A DNA stretch of 64,000 nucleotides, taken from a virus. Its lineage: Duplodnaviria > Caudoviricetes. A program made the position numbers and the translations under genes. The stretch is taken from positions 96,001 through 160,000 of the IMG/VR virus record IMGVR_UViG_3300031998_000009. One strand, 5' to 3'. Below are positions 1 through 9,517 of this stretch, in pieces; position 1 is the stretch's first letter; every line of letters begins with the position of its first letter. A model generated the notes under the pieces. That model was given only the letters and a program-made list of their open reading frames with translations, did not search any database and was not told the origin of the DNA.

Positions 1-66
1 ACTTCATTTATCTTAGGTAACTTTAAATTTACTTTAACTAAATAAAACTGTACATCTGAATATTAT

Positions 67-444
67 TCAAAATTCAATTAATGGGATTTCTTCCCACCAA
101 TCAGGAACAAAGTACCATCTAATTACAGAATGTAAAGCTTCTTGTTTTTCAAGTATCTTATTATTTAACTCCATAAAGTCTGGAGTCAAAATAGCAACCG
201 CTCCAGAACTGCTTGTATCTGCTAGATGTTGATATGCTTGTACTTTTGAAGTGATTTTATCTTTTTCAGGTTCGAATTTTAGAACTTTTGTAAAAAACCA
301 ACCTACAGATAGAAACATAGTAAAAACTAAAGAGAAAGCGGTTAGAATAGTTAGTAACCCATTAAAAATATAATGTGAAACTTTTATTTTTATGGTTAGT
401 AGGACAAGAACTGTTGTTATAATTAAACATATAATTAAAAACAT
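67..444 (-). CDS. hypothetical membrane protein
   Basis: 125-aa ORF with two N-terminal hydrophobic segments; AGGAG SD upstream. Confidence 0.6.
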   Translation of the reverse strand: MFLIICLIITTVLVLLTIKIKVSHYIFNGLLTILTAFSLVFTMFLSVGWFFTKVLKFEPEKDKITSKVQAYQHLADTSSSGAVAILTPDFMELNNKILEKQEALHSVIRWYFVPDWWEEIPLIEF

Positions 445-505
445 TTTTTAATCTCCTATAATGTAAAATATTAAAACAAAAACCCAATATAATTTCTTTT
501 CCATT

Positions 506-823
506 TCAATTTACCTCCATGGTGGCACCACAATTTTGACAATAATTGGTATAGACTAATTTCTTTTTTGAAAAGGCACATCTACATTCGCTGCATAAAA
601 GGGCACCATTTGGAATTCTAGATTCAACTGTGAATGTATGTTCATCGATAATAAGGTCGTCTGTTGTTATCCACTTACCTTTTCTTCTTGTATGCAATTC
701 GGGTAGACTTCTTACAATGCGTTTAATATCTTCTGGTGTGAATAGTATATCTTCATCCTGTCTCTGTAGCACAGCTATATGATTCAAAAGAACTGTGGCA
801 TCTATTGGTTTTATCTCATTCAT
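506..823 (-). CDS. phage hypothetical protein with C-terminal Zn-ribbon
   Basis: KGKWI...CSEC...YCQNCGATM pattern common in Firmicutes phages; AAGGAGG SD. Confidence 0.7.
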   Translation of the reverse strand: MNEIKPIDATVLLNHIAVLQRQDEDILFTPEDIKRIVRSLPELHTRRKGKWITTDDLIIDEHTFTVESRIPNGALLCSECRCAFSKKKLVYTNYCQNCGATMEVN

Positions 824-938
824 CTTTTTTGGTCCTCCTTTAAACTATCGTACTTCAAATTTGTGTCTCTTTCATATTGTGGGTATGGATGGTTCAGAAA
901 ACATTATTGTGGATTCTCCCTTCGTGTTTACTATTTAT

Positions 939-967
939 AGTATAACATATAATTGATAAAAAGTCAA
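939..967 (-). promoter_or_regulatory. sigmaA/sigma70-type promoter
   Basis: TTGACT-17bp-TATACT with extended -10 TG. Confidence 0.8.
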
Positions 968-980
968 GTGATTTTTTCGA

Positions 981-1019
981 AAAAATAGCAGGACAGATAA
1001 ACAATTCTTGTCATGCTAT
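981..1019 (-). terminator. intrinsic terminator
   Basis: TAGCATGACA...TGTCCTGCTA imperfect stem followed by TTTTT, just after the stop of 1024-1308. Confidence 0.55.
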
Positions 1020-1023
1020 AAGA

Positions 1024-1308
1024 TTATTTAATTATAAACTCATTAGCTTCCTTAATACAACCATTTATATCTTTATGTAATCCTGTTTTATAAATAGTTC
1101 CTCCGGCTGTTTTTAATTCAAGAAACCATAAGTTATCATTAGTGATAACCCATCTTGTAGACCTATAAGAATTATTTAAATTAAACCAGATGATATCATT
1201 TATCCAAGAATTAAAGGTTACTTCTCTATCACCGTTTGGTAGTTCCTTATATGCCATAGCATTTGCTAGGGCAGACTTTCCAATGTTTTCCTTTACTCTA
1301 CTTTTCAT
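1024..1308 (-). CDS. hypothetical protein
   Basis: ORF; start moved to the ATG at 1308 behind an AAGGAG SD. Confidence 0.65.
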   Translation of the reverse strand: MKSRVKENIGKSALANAMAYKELPNGDREVTFNSWINDIIWFNLNNSYRSTRWVITNDNLWFLELKTAGGTIYKTGLHKDINGCIKEANEFIIK

Positions 1309-1318
1309 AATTACTCCT

Positions 1319-3478
1319 TTACTCAACTAAAATATTAGATTCACTTTTACTTACTTTATCAAGTATAATTGGGTCTAGTAATTGTTTTATCTTTTTACGA
1401 ATAAATCTAACTCCATCCTGTTTACTATAACATGATTTAAACAATTCCGATTTCTTATTGTCTGATACCACTACCGTTATCTGTTTATTATTATAATGGT
1501 TTAGATACAAGTTCATTTCCTTTTCAAATATCTTTATTGCGGTATTTTCATCAATAGTATTAAAATATATAATATTATCGAGTCTATTTAAGAATTCTGG
1601 AGTAAAATAGTTTTTTATTTCTTTCTGTATTATGTCCATTCCGTTTGTGTTTTCAAATCCTATACTATTCTTATTCAAATAATCTTTACAACCTATATTG
1701 GAAGTCATTATTATAAGTGTATTTCTAAAATCAACCGTTTCACCTGTAGAGTCTGTTAGTCTACCATCATCCATTACTTGTAATAAAATATTTAATACAT
1801 CTCTATGCGCTTTTTCTATCTCATCTAATAATATAATACAAAATGGATTATTTTTAACTTTGTCGGTGATACATCCACCTTGCGAATATCCTATATAACC
1901 AGGTGGAGAACCTATTAATTTAGAAACTGAATGTGGTTCCATAAATTCAGACATATCGTATCTTAAAAAACTTTCAGGAGTAAAGAAATTTTTTGCCAGC
2001 TGTTTACAAAGTTCTGTTTTACCCGTTCCTGTAGGTCCTACTAATAACAAATTTGCAATAGGACGAGTGGTTTCGTTTATTCCAAATAAATACCTTTTAA
2101 TAGGAAGTAAAGCATTTTTAACAGCCTCATCTTGTCCTATTATATTCTTTTTTATTTCTTCTTCTATTTCATTTATTTGAAATTTTCTATTTCCATTTAT
2201 AGTCACACCTATATAACTACTTATCCCCATATCTATTGTCTCTTTTGTTAATTTAGGTAATTTATTTTTTCTACATATGACACAAGATGTATCCATAATA
2301 TCAAAAGCCTTATCTGGAAAATATTTATTTCGTATAAATGTATCACAACTTTCTACAAGGTATGTACACATTTCGTCTGGTATTTCTATATTATGGAACT
2401 TTTCATAATCAGTTCTCTTATACTCTAACATACTAATGGTATCTTTTACAGATAGTTCGTTTACATGAATTCTTGTAAATCTTCTTTCGAATGCCTTATC
2501 AGATTCTATTTGTTTATACTCTGATTCTGTTGTACATCCTATTATTTTAGAACCTTTGGATAAGTATGTTTTGAAACTTTCTGCGATAGAAGAACTTCCG
2601 GAATTACCTGTTTTATTAAACATATTGTGTATCTCATCTATGAACACGATAACCTTATCGTATTCTTGTAAGGAAGCAATGACTGTTTCTATTCTGGCTT
2701 CGAGATCTCCTCTATAAGTGGTTCCACTTATCATAGAATTTATATTCAGTTCATATACATAATAACCTTTTAACATATCTGGACAACTTGTTGATTGTAT
2801 AAGATTACAGAAACCGTATACAACACTTGTTTTTCCTACACCTGGATTACCTACAAGAATAACATTGTTTTTTCTCATTCTACATAAAACATCTACGCAT
2901 TGTTGTATTTCTTTTTCTCGTCCAAAGCAGTCATAATGCTCTCTTACAACAAGAGGGTCAGTTAGATACTCGCCGAACTCTAATAAATCTCCAGACATAT
3001 TAGTATTTACACATTGATCAAGTATATTACAAAGCTCTGTCTGAACTTTTTCTTTCTCTTTTTGTTTTACATAGATTAGTTCGTCAAATAACTTTGAACT
3101 TTTTAATCTGGAGTCATATATCATTATATAAGATATATAGGCGGTTATTATATTTTGGTCTAGTTTATTTCCGTATTGAGATTTGAAGAATATATAATTT
3201 TTTATAAGAATTTCACATTCCTCAGATAATTCAAGTTCACTAAATTCGTGTAACTTCTTTTCTTTTTCTTTAGGTACTTTTAACTTATTCTCTACTATTC
3301 TATCGGCACATTCTTTAAGGTTCTCTATAACGCATTTTTTAAGTAGACCTTGTTGAATGAATAGACACGCTAATAGTTCAGTATCGATATTTCCATATTT
3401 ATGTGGAACTAGCATTTTTAATGTGAGTTGGGAGTGTTTAGGTAGTAACTCAAAAAATTCCAAATACTGTGTTTCCAT
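1319..3478 (-). CDS. ClpA/ClpC-type double AAA+ ATPase (Clp protease ATP-binding subunit)
   Basis: Walker A GNPGVGKT and GPTGTGKT; Walker B FIDEIH and LLDEIEK; pore loop GTTYRG; GSPPGYIG; IGF loop; start moved to 3478 because the upstream in-frame part overlaps a promoter. Confidence 0.92.
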   Translation of the reverse strand: METQYLEFFELLPKHSQLTLKMLVPHKYGNIDTELLACLFIQQGLLKKCVIENLKECADRIVENKLKVPKEKEKKLHEFSELELSEECEILIKNYIFFKSQYGNKLDQNIITAYISYIMIYDSRLKSSKLFDELIYVKQKEKEKVQTELCNILDQCVNTNMSGDLLEFGEYLTDPLVVREHYDCFGREKEIQQCVDVLCRMRKNNVILVGNPGVGKTSVVYGFCNLIQSTSCPDMLKGYYVYELNINSMISGTTYRGDLEARIETVIASLQEYDKVIVFIDEIHNMFNKTGNSGSSSIAESFKTYLSKGSKIIGCTTESEYKQIESDKAFERRFTRIHVNELSVKDTISMLEYKRTDYEKFHNIEIPDEMCTYLVESCDTFIRNKYFPDKAFDIMDTSCVICRKNKLPKLTKETIDMGISSYIGVTINGNRKFQINEIEEEIKKNIIGQDEAVKNALLPIKRYLFGINETTRPIANLLLVGPTGTGKTELCKQLAKNFFTPESFLRYDMSEFMEPHSVSKLIGSPPGYIGYSQGGCITDKVKNNPFCIILLDEIEKAHRDVLNILLQVMDDGRLTDSTGETVDFRNTLIIMTSNIGCKDYLNKNSIGFENTNGMDIIQKEIKNYFTPEFLNRLDNIIYFNTIDENTAIKIFEKEMNLYLNHYNNKQITVVVSDNKKSELFKSCYSKQDGVRFIRKKIKQLLDPIILDKVSKSESNILVE

Positions 3479-3515
3479 TGTTATCACTTCCTTGCATTCT
3501 AACTCCTCCAATTTT

Positions 3516-3544
3516 AGTGTAACATAAAAACACATAAAAGTCAA
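3516..3544 (-). promoter_or_regulatory. sigmaA-type promoter of Clp ATPase
   Basis: TTGACT-17bp-TACACT, extended -10 TG. Confidence 0.75.
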
Positions 3545-3550
3545 GTAGGT

Positions 3551-3589
3551 AAAAATAAAAGCTGCTCACATATTAGAGTAGCTTTTATT
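3551..3589 (-). terminator. intrinsic terminator
   Basis: AAAAGCTACTC/GAGCAGCTTTT stem plus T tract after the hydrolase gene. Confidence 0.7.
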
Positions 3590-3599
3590 CTATATATAA

Positions 3600-4553
3600 T
3601 TAAGCTGCATAGAAGTGATTTACCCAACCATCACCCCAAAAAGAATTTAATGTAGTACTGTATGAACTCCTATGATTAAAATAATATAATACGGCATCTT
3701 TGCAACTCTGTGAAGTTCTTCTCCAGTAATAAGAGTCTGGTACCCAACAAAACTGATTTCTCTGAAGGATTACCGAACGAATCGAGTTAGGAAAACGTGA
3801 ATCTCTAACTCTGTTCATAACAGTCATAACGACTTTACCTTTTTCATGTAACGAAACCCAATCAGCGCCATACTCATGTGCTACTAGATTTGCTAGCATA
3901 TAAAATTCTGCTTGAGTACAAGGTAGGTTAGACATCGTGTACACACCTGAACTAGAAGATGTTGTCTGTGTAACAGGAGGTTTGTATTCTTTGACTAGTT
4001 TTACATCCGGTTTACATTTAGAACAAATACGTCCTTCAATTTCATTAATGTCATAATCAAACACACAGGTATCATCAAACCATTTACAGGAAGTCATATG
4101 AAAATAATGTGTAGATGGCTTATATACTATCTTTGCTTCTGTTGTCGTTGTGGTAGTTGTTACAACTTCTGTTTTATAATTGGTTGTAAGAGCTACTTTT
4201 TTATTAGGAGTAGGTGCTACGGAAACCTTTGTCGTGGTGGTTGTTTCCTCCACAGTACTTGTTGTGGTAGTTTCTGTGGTAGTAGTTTCCGATTCCGTAG
4301 TTGTCTCTAATTCTTCTGTCTGTGTAGTAGTTGTTTCTGTTGTGGCTTCATCAGTAGTATCTTCTTCCTTTGTGATATATTCTAGTTTATCACCTGAAAA
4401 AGCGGTGTCTTCTGTATCCAACTCTTCCAAAGAACTTTCAGATACAACACTAGATTCATCGTTATTGGATGTAGGAAGTAAAATAACACCTAATGCCAGG
4501 ATGGAAACAAACAGTACACAAATAACACTTGCAATAATTTTGGTCTTTTTCAT
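3600..4553 (-). CDS. SleB/Hydrolase_2-family cell wall hydrolase with N-terminal membrane anchor
   Basis: C-terminal LANLVAHE...VMNRVRDSRFPNSIRSVILQRNQF; N-terminal hydrophobic segment; Thr/Glu-rich linker; YFH...C...CSKCKP Zn-type module. Confidence 0.85.
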   Translation of the reverse strand: MKKTKIIASVICVLFVSILALGVILLPTSNNDESSVVSESSLEELDTEDTAFSGDKLEYITKEEDTTDEATTETTTTQTEELETTTESETTTTETTTTSTVEETTTTTKVSVAPTPNKKVALTTNYKTEVVTTTTTTTEAKIVYKPSTHYFHMTSCKWFDDTCVFDYDINEIEGRICSKCKPDVKLVKEYKPPVTQTTSSSSGVYTMSNLPCTQAEFYMLANLVAHEYGADWVSLHEKGKVVMTVMNRVRDSRFPNSIRSVILQRNQFCWVPDSYYWRRTSQSCKDAVLYYFNHRSSYSTTLNSFWGDGWVNHFYAA

Positions 4554-4589
4554 TTTAATAACTCACCTTTCAATTTAATTATTCATTAG

Positions 4590-4856
4590 CTTGCAAAGTG
4601 AGTTGACACCTAAAAATAAATTTGATTGAAAGTTCTCCTTACCTTCCAACATCAAATCTTTACAATCCCGTAGAGATTGCTTTCCTCCTTTAAGGATCTT
4701 CCTTAAACTAGGTTGTCAACTCTTTGGGAACATGATCAAAATTCTAGTTGTTATTCTAGGATAAATTCAATTTTCTCTGACAAAATAGAAATTTAGATTT
4801 TGATATGTTCCGGATTCAGAACAATCAAAAGCATCACACCCTTCCAAAATTATACT
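4590..4856 (-). ncRNA. structured ~300-nt 5' leader of cell wall hydrolase gene (candidate cis-regulatory RNA)
   Basis: Two long stems (4727-4746/4794-4811; 4594-4612/4709-4726), the second enclosing three hairpins including a c(UACG)g tetraloop. Confidence 0.5.
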
Positions 4857-4862
4857 TTTTAT

Positions 4863-4891
4863 AGTATAACACATTGTAAAACAAAAGTCAA
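4863..4891 (-). promoter_or_regulatory. sigmaA-type promoter
   Basis: TTGACT-17bp-TATACT, extended -10 TG. Confidence 0.8.
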
Positions 4892-4923
4892 GTGGAAAAA
4901 CGTAAAAATTCTTCCACTTGATT
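4883..4923 (-). terminator. phoH terminator whose 3' arm contains the -35 box of the next promoter
   Basis: TCAAGTGGAA/TTCCACTTGA stem followed by CTTTTGTTTT. Confidence 0.6.
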
Positions 4924-4940
4924 TCTAAAAATGTGTGTAC

Positions 4941-5657
4941 TTAATATAAATTATCCGCCCATTGACTAATTTTTCCTCTATAATTTTTAGTTAATTTACA
5001 TACAGCAAAATTTGGGTCGTTAGTATCGTTGCAATATTTTATATATCGTTCAAATCCACAGGAAGTATCTTGTGTATCTTTTTGAAGTTGATGTCCTACT
5101 ACAATTATTTTGCAGTTATCGTTAGCTCTTGTTAATGTCTTTTTAAGATCATCAAAGCTATAATTCTGACTCTCATCTAGTATAACAACAGAATCCTCAA
5201 AGTTAGTTCCTCTTAAATAGGTGTGAGTTAAACATTTTACATAACCGCTACATTCCATCTTATCTGTTTTAGCTGTTAGCGATTCGTTGTATATAACTTT
5301 ATCTGGAAACAGATTGCACTTAATAATCGCTTGATATATTGGTTCAAAATATACCTCAGATTTCTCTGTGATGTCTCCTGGAAGAAATCCTTGTTTACTT
5401 TCACCATACGGACTTACAACATAAATGATGTTTTTATACAATCCATATTCATATAAGAGGTTTGCTGTTGCAAATGAAATAAGTGTTTTACCTGTTCCAG
5501 CTTTGGCATCACAGAATATTAAACACTTGTTCTTATCCCAAATACAATCTCTAAAATAGGTCTGGTTCTCATCTAATTGAAAACCATAGAAAGGATGTTC
5601 AGAAAGTGTTTCCGGAACATCATTAAGGTTTACAGGTTGTTTTCTAGGTCTGCCCAT
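4941..5657 (-). CDS. phoH: PhoH-family ATPase
   Basis: AKAGTGKT, GFLPGD, YLRGTNF, ILDESQN, VGHQLQKD, LTKNYRG motifs. Confidence 0.93.
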   Translation of the reverse strand: MGRPRKQPVNLNDVPETLSEHPFYGFQLDENQTYFRDCIWDKNKCLIFCDAKAGTGKTLISFATANLLYEYGLYKNIIYVVSPYGESKQGFLPGDITEKSEVYFEPIYQAIIKCNLFPDKVIYNESLTAKTDKMECSGYVKCLTHTYLRGTNFEDSVVILDESQNYSFDDLKKTLTRANDNCKIIVVGHQLQKDTQDTSCGFERYIKYCNDTNDPNFAVCKLTKNYRGKISQWADNLY

Positions 5658-5672
5658 GTAAACAACTCCTCT

Positions 5673-6050
5673 TCAAAATAATTTCTTCTTGTTAGTAATG
5701 TATCGAGTTATTACTTTTTGTTCATTACTGGATTTAGGTTTCTTTGTTAATGGGTTTCCACTAACGGTCGTTGTTTCTACAATTCTTACATTATGACCAT
5801 TCAAATTATCAAACCTACTACTTTGTGTAATAATAGGTTGATTTAATTTCATAACATGAAAATCAAAATCAACATAACTATCGGAACTGTTTATACATTC
5901 ACCCAACTTAAACCCATCCACATAATGCAAATAAAAAGTGTTTTCTCTATGTATTAATACATATCTTAAATGACTATCTACAACATATAAACAGGTTAGA
6001 TCATATCCTTTTGGAATTCTGGAAACAACATCAGCTAATAGGAAGTCCAT
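5673..6050 (-). CDS. hypothetical protein with C-terminal KKKLF motif
   Basis: ORF in a contiguous operon. Confidence 0.6.
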   Translation of the reverse strand: MDFLLADVVSRIPKGYDLTCLYVVDSHLRYVLIHRENTFYLHYVDGFKLGECINSSDSYVDFDFHVMKLNQPIITQSSRFDNLNGHNVRIVETTTVSGNPLTKKPKSSNEQKVITRYITNKKKLF

Positions 6051-6573
6051 TATTAACTGTTCCTGTAGAAATAAGATCTATAATAGGATATGTTTTAAAT
6101 GGTTCACACCAACCCCATTCATCTTCTATAAAGTTAGGAATATCAGAAACACGATAATCATTTCTGTCATTCTTTATTTGAACGGATGCGAATATAGCAT
6201 AGGGTAGTTGCTTAAGATCTCTATAGTATTTATATACATATCTATATCCAGAAGCATACAGACCCATTAGTATATTTACAACATTATTAGAAAGAATAGT
6301 AGGTGGTGAGATTCTTACGTTAAATCCATAACTGTTTATAATGTTGATCATTTCATCATCTGTGAATTTAGCATCTAGTGGAATTAATGTAGATGCTCCA
6401 ATATTTACAAATCCACTAAAATATTGTGCATTTGTATTATAGTCTGCGATTGTTATTTGTGTACCTGTTAGATCGTTACCTGTATATTCTGTTACTAATA
6501 TACGAAGATTAGTATAATCAGATCTGGCACCTGTTAATTGATTCCAGGTACTTATCTCTAGTATGTTAGCCAA
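6031..6573 (-). CDS. hypothetical protein
   Basis: 180-aa ORF, TTG start with SD. Confidence 0.65.
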   Translation of the reverse strand: MANILEISTWNQLTGARSDYTNLRILVTEYTGNDLTGTQITIADYNTNAQYFSGFVNIGASTLIPLDAKFTDDEMINIINSYGFNVRISPPTILSNNVVNILMGLYASGYRYVYKYYRDLKQLPYAIFASVQIKNDRNDYRVSDIPNFIEDEWGWCEPFKTYPIIDLISTGTVNNGLPIS

Positions 6574-6589
6574 TATAGTTCACTTCCTT

Positions 6590-7744
6590 TTAACTTACTG
6601 CCGAAATTATTTTATCTACAACAGAGTCAGTCTCGTAACCGGCCGTATTTTCTTTTGTTCCTGGATTATGTAATACGTCATACCACAATGTGTTAGATGT
6701 AGAAGCATCTCCAACTTTTTCAAGTATTTTGTCTCTTGTCCATGCAATAGGAGAATCGGATTCCACAACAACACCTTTTTGTTTAGTACCGGCATTATGT
6801 AAAATATCATACCAAACAGTACCACTGGTGCTGCTATTTGAACCTAGTCTTGTAGCAATATTGTTTACGGTCGTAGCAACAGAACTGATAGAGGATCCAC
6901 CGGAACCAACATTACTATTTATAGTGTTGCTATATCCGAACAATGTGGAAGTTCCTGTGTCTCCGGAGGCACCTATTAATGTATCGATTTTCTTCAGTTT
7001 ACCATTTAAGGTTGCTGCAGATGCGGAATCTGTACTTTGACCTATTCTACCTTCTACATCGCTAAATGAATTAGATATAGTAGTTGTTTGGTCTTTAACA
7101 GAGTGAGCTACACTATCATCGCTCGTAGTACTATCACGAAGTGCTTTAGAAATCGTGTAGGTATCATTATCAGCTTTAATGTTAGTAGCAACTTTTTCTG
7201 TGGATGTTTTTAATGCAATAAGTGTACCATCTGTACTATCATTGAAATTCTCATCCATAACGGTTATAGAATCGACAACATCTTCATTATAATCTTTCAA
7301 TGTATTTGTCTTATCTATACTTGTCGCAATAGTATTATCAAAATAAGAAGGAGGACTTCCGGTTGTTTTGGTCATATCATAATGTAACTGCCAGCACAAG
7401 GTATCGATTGATTTAGTTACAGTATCACTAGAAGCGGTTTCCGCTAATGCGGTTTCTAGTTTATCTAACCATAATTTAGCTTCATTACTAATCGTACTCG
7501 CTGTCCATGATTGAACCTTAACACCGTTTGTACCTATTTTATTGCTGTCGCTAAACTTCTTTTCCATTATAGGTGTAGGTATTCCGGAAACATAAATCAT
7601 ATAACCTTTATATTCAATACCCGTTTTTATCTTTGCATAGAAATGGGAATTACCTACTAATAATGAACATTCACTAACTCTTACCACAAGCGGATCAGAG
7701 GCTTTAGCAACATATGGATAATCGGATTGCGGAGTGTAGGGCAT
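6590..7744 (-). CDS. Ser/Thr-rich hypothetical protein with duplicated C-terminal motif (possible virion protein)
   Basis: STSGTVWYDILHNAGTK / STSNTLWYDVLHNPGTK repeat; AAGGAG SD. Confidence 0.7.
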   Translation of the reverse strand: MPYTPQSDYPYVAKASDPLVVRVSECSLLVGNSHFYAKIKTGIEYKGYMIYVSGIPTPIMEKKFSDSNKIGTNGVKVQSWTASTISNEAKLWLDKLETALAETASSDTVTKSIDTLCWQLHYDMTKTTGSPPSYFDNTIATSIDKTNTLKDYNEDVVDSITVMDENFNDSTDGTLIALKTSTEKVATNIKADNDTYTISKALRDSTTSDDSVAHSVKDQTTTISNSFSDVEGRIGQSTDSASAATLNGKLKKIDTLIGASGDTGTSTLFGYSNTINSNVGSGGSSISSVATTVNNIATRLGSNSSTSGTVWYDILHNAGTKQKGVVVESDSPIAWTRDKILEKVGDASTSNTLWYDVLHNPGTKENTAGYETDSVVDKIISAVS

Positions 7745-7757
7745 AAGAAAACTCCTT

Positions 7758-8267
7758 TCACTTTATGATAAAAGAATTTCTTTCTTTTCTAAAAGTAACA
7801 ACTTCTATTGTTTCCAGAAACTCTTTATAAAATGTGAGTATACCTGTATTTGTTATATTCACGTCAGATTTATTAAACAGACCATATCTATCGTCCTTAA
7901 ATAAATCGGGTTGATGAATTGGTTTTAAATACCATGAATAGATAGTTTGATTGGAGATGTTTGTGTGCCAACCATAGTTTAATTCATACTCGTCTATTTC
8001 ATTTACTTTTAATTTCACAATATCTCCAGGAAGTAAAAACCCAATACCTAAAACATACAGACATTCTGTTGTATAGGTATATTCATCCTTTAAATATGTA
8101 TATATTGTTCCATCTACCTCACAGGTGAGTACGTCAAACTCACCATTATCGTCAAATGCAACAGATATAGAACCTTGTAGTAAATTACCCTCTAAATCAT
8201 AAAAAGAAAAGTAGGGTATACTGTCACTTTGTCTATTATCATGTAAATTGTTGAATGTGTCAAACAT
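7758..8267 (-). CDS. hypothetical protein
   Basis: 169-aa ORF with SD. Confidence 0.65.
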   Translation of the reverse strand: MFDTFNNLHDNRQSDSIPYFSFYDLEGNLLQGSISVAFDDNGEFDVLTCEVDGTIYTYLKDEYTYTTECLYVLGIGFLLPGDIVKLKVNEIDEYELNYGWHTNISNQTIYSWYLKPIHQPDLFKDDRYGLFNKSDVNITNTGILTFYKEFLETIEVVTFRKERNSFIIK

Positions 8268-8804
8268 TCAATCACTCTCCTTTTTATCGCTAACCTCAGC
8301 TTCTATAACTTCAGATGTATCAAACTTTGATAATTGTGCTAATAAACTTGCAGCAAGGTTTCTAACCTCATCCCTAGATGTAGCATCAATGACAGTAGCA
8401 GAACCACCATCAGGTGTTATGATGTTAGTGGTATTTATCACTATTTTCTGAAGTTTATCATCTTTCAGAACCTGTGTTACTGTCATATTAGCATCTGCTA
8501 GACATTTAGAAACCGTTTCCATTGCTAATGATATCATAGATAGATTGGTAGGACCTTCGTCTATCTGTTCTGTAACTGTGTCTATAAACTTATTCTCTAA
8601 CTTCTCCATAAAATTAGTAAGTTTTATAATTCGTTTAAGACTATTTCTAGCCTGGACGACTAAAAATAATTTTGTTCTATCTATTAGTTGTTCACCGTTT
8701 ATATCAATAACAGTATTGGTATCATCGTTAGCAAGTTGTTTCATCAGTGACATGGAGGTAATTTCTGGATCACCTAGTTCAAGTTTTACTGTTTCTTGTT
8801 CCAT
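8268..8804 (-). CDS. hypothetical helical protein
   Basis: 178-aa ORF in a tightly packed operon. Confidence 0.65.
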   Translation of the reverse strand: MEQETVKLELGDPEITSMSLMKQLANDDTNTVIDINGEQLIDRTKLFLVVQARNSLKRIIKLTNFMEKLENKFIDTVTEQIDEGPTNLSMISLAMETVSKCLADANMTVTQVLKDDKLQKIVINTTNIITPDGGSATVIDATSRDEVRNLAASLLAQLSKFDTSEVIEAEVSDKKESD

Positions 8805-8807
8805 GTA

Positions 8808-9239
8808 TTACCCCTCACTTTCTAATCTAGAATACAACTCTTTTAATCTATCACTATATAATGTAGAAAAAACTTTTGGAAGATCGGTTTCTCTATTTAA
8901 AAATGCTTTATATATATCTGTTTTAAATCCACTACATGGTTCGAATTCGAAATCTAAATGTAGGGAAGGTGCCTCTGTAAGTCTATGTTTTTCGTGAAAT
9001 GTTCTAGGTTTTATTGTAACATTTCCTATAAGAGGTATTTCGGTTGTTACCTCCATTTCGTCTAGTGGGGTATCTAACGGATAATTGCATATACTCTCTG
9101 TTACTTTATAACAGATTAGTGTTTCTACTAATCTTAAAAAATCGAAATTATATTTATATGGACTTCCTTGAAGTTGTTGAATTTCAACAGCAATTTGTTT
9201 TGAATCTTTCGTAGAGGTACTACCTTTTGTTCTGGACAT
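8808..9239 (-). CDS. hypothetical protein
   Basis: 143-aa ORF, GGAGG SD. Confidence 0.65.
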   Translation of the reverse strand: MSRTKGSTSTKDSKQIAVEIQQLQGSPYKYNFDFLRLVETLICYKVTESICNYPLDTPLDEMEVTTEIPLIGNVTIKPRTFHEKHRLTEAPSLHLDFEFEPCSGFKTDIYKAFLNRETDLPKVFSTLYSDRLKELYSRLESEG

Positions 9240-9517
9240 TATTTGTACAACCTCCTCAATGTTTGAAGTAGTGTTTTACGATTATAGGAAAGCAATCTTA
9301 ATATTTTAGAAACACATACCTTGATTTGAGTTACAGAGTTATAATCTATATTCATTTCTAATTCGTCTAGTAGTTTATCAAAGGTATCCGTTTCTTGTGT
9401 ATATACTTTTTCTAATTTTACTCTTGCACATCTATTAAATAGTTGACACGGTGTTTCTTCATTGTTAAATAGATTATTTATATCCGTATAACATTCTTGT
9501 ATGATACTCATAATCAA
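9239..9517 (-). CDS. hypothetical protein
   Basis: 92-aa ORF, coupled to neighbours. Confidence 0.6.
   Translation of the reverse strand: MIMSIIQECYTDINNLFNNEETPCQLFNRCARVKLEKVYTQETDTFDKLLDELEMNIDYNSVTQIKVCVSKILRLLSYNRKTLLQTLRRLYK

Noticed and set aside
872-904. Short uORF after the promoter at 939
   Set aside because: Only 10 codons, suboptimal SD spacing and no associated structure
4590-4830. Canonical ydaO/c-di-AMP riboswitch
   Set aside because: Lacks the GGGG.GAAUC, GUAGGG and CCCG core; kept only as an unknown structured leader
8268-8804. Terminase small subunit
   Set aside because: Only a vague helical resemblance and no large terminase nearby in the window
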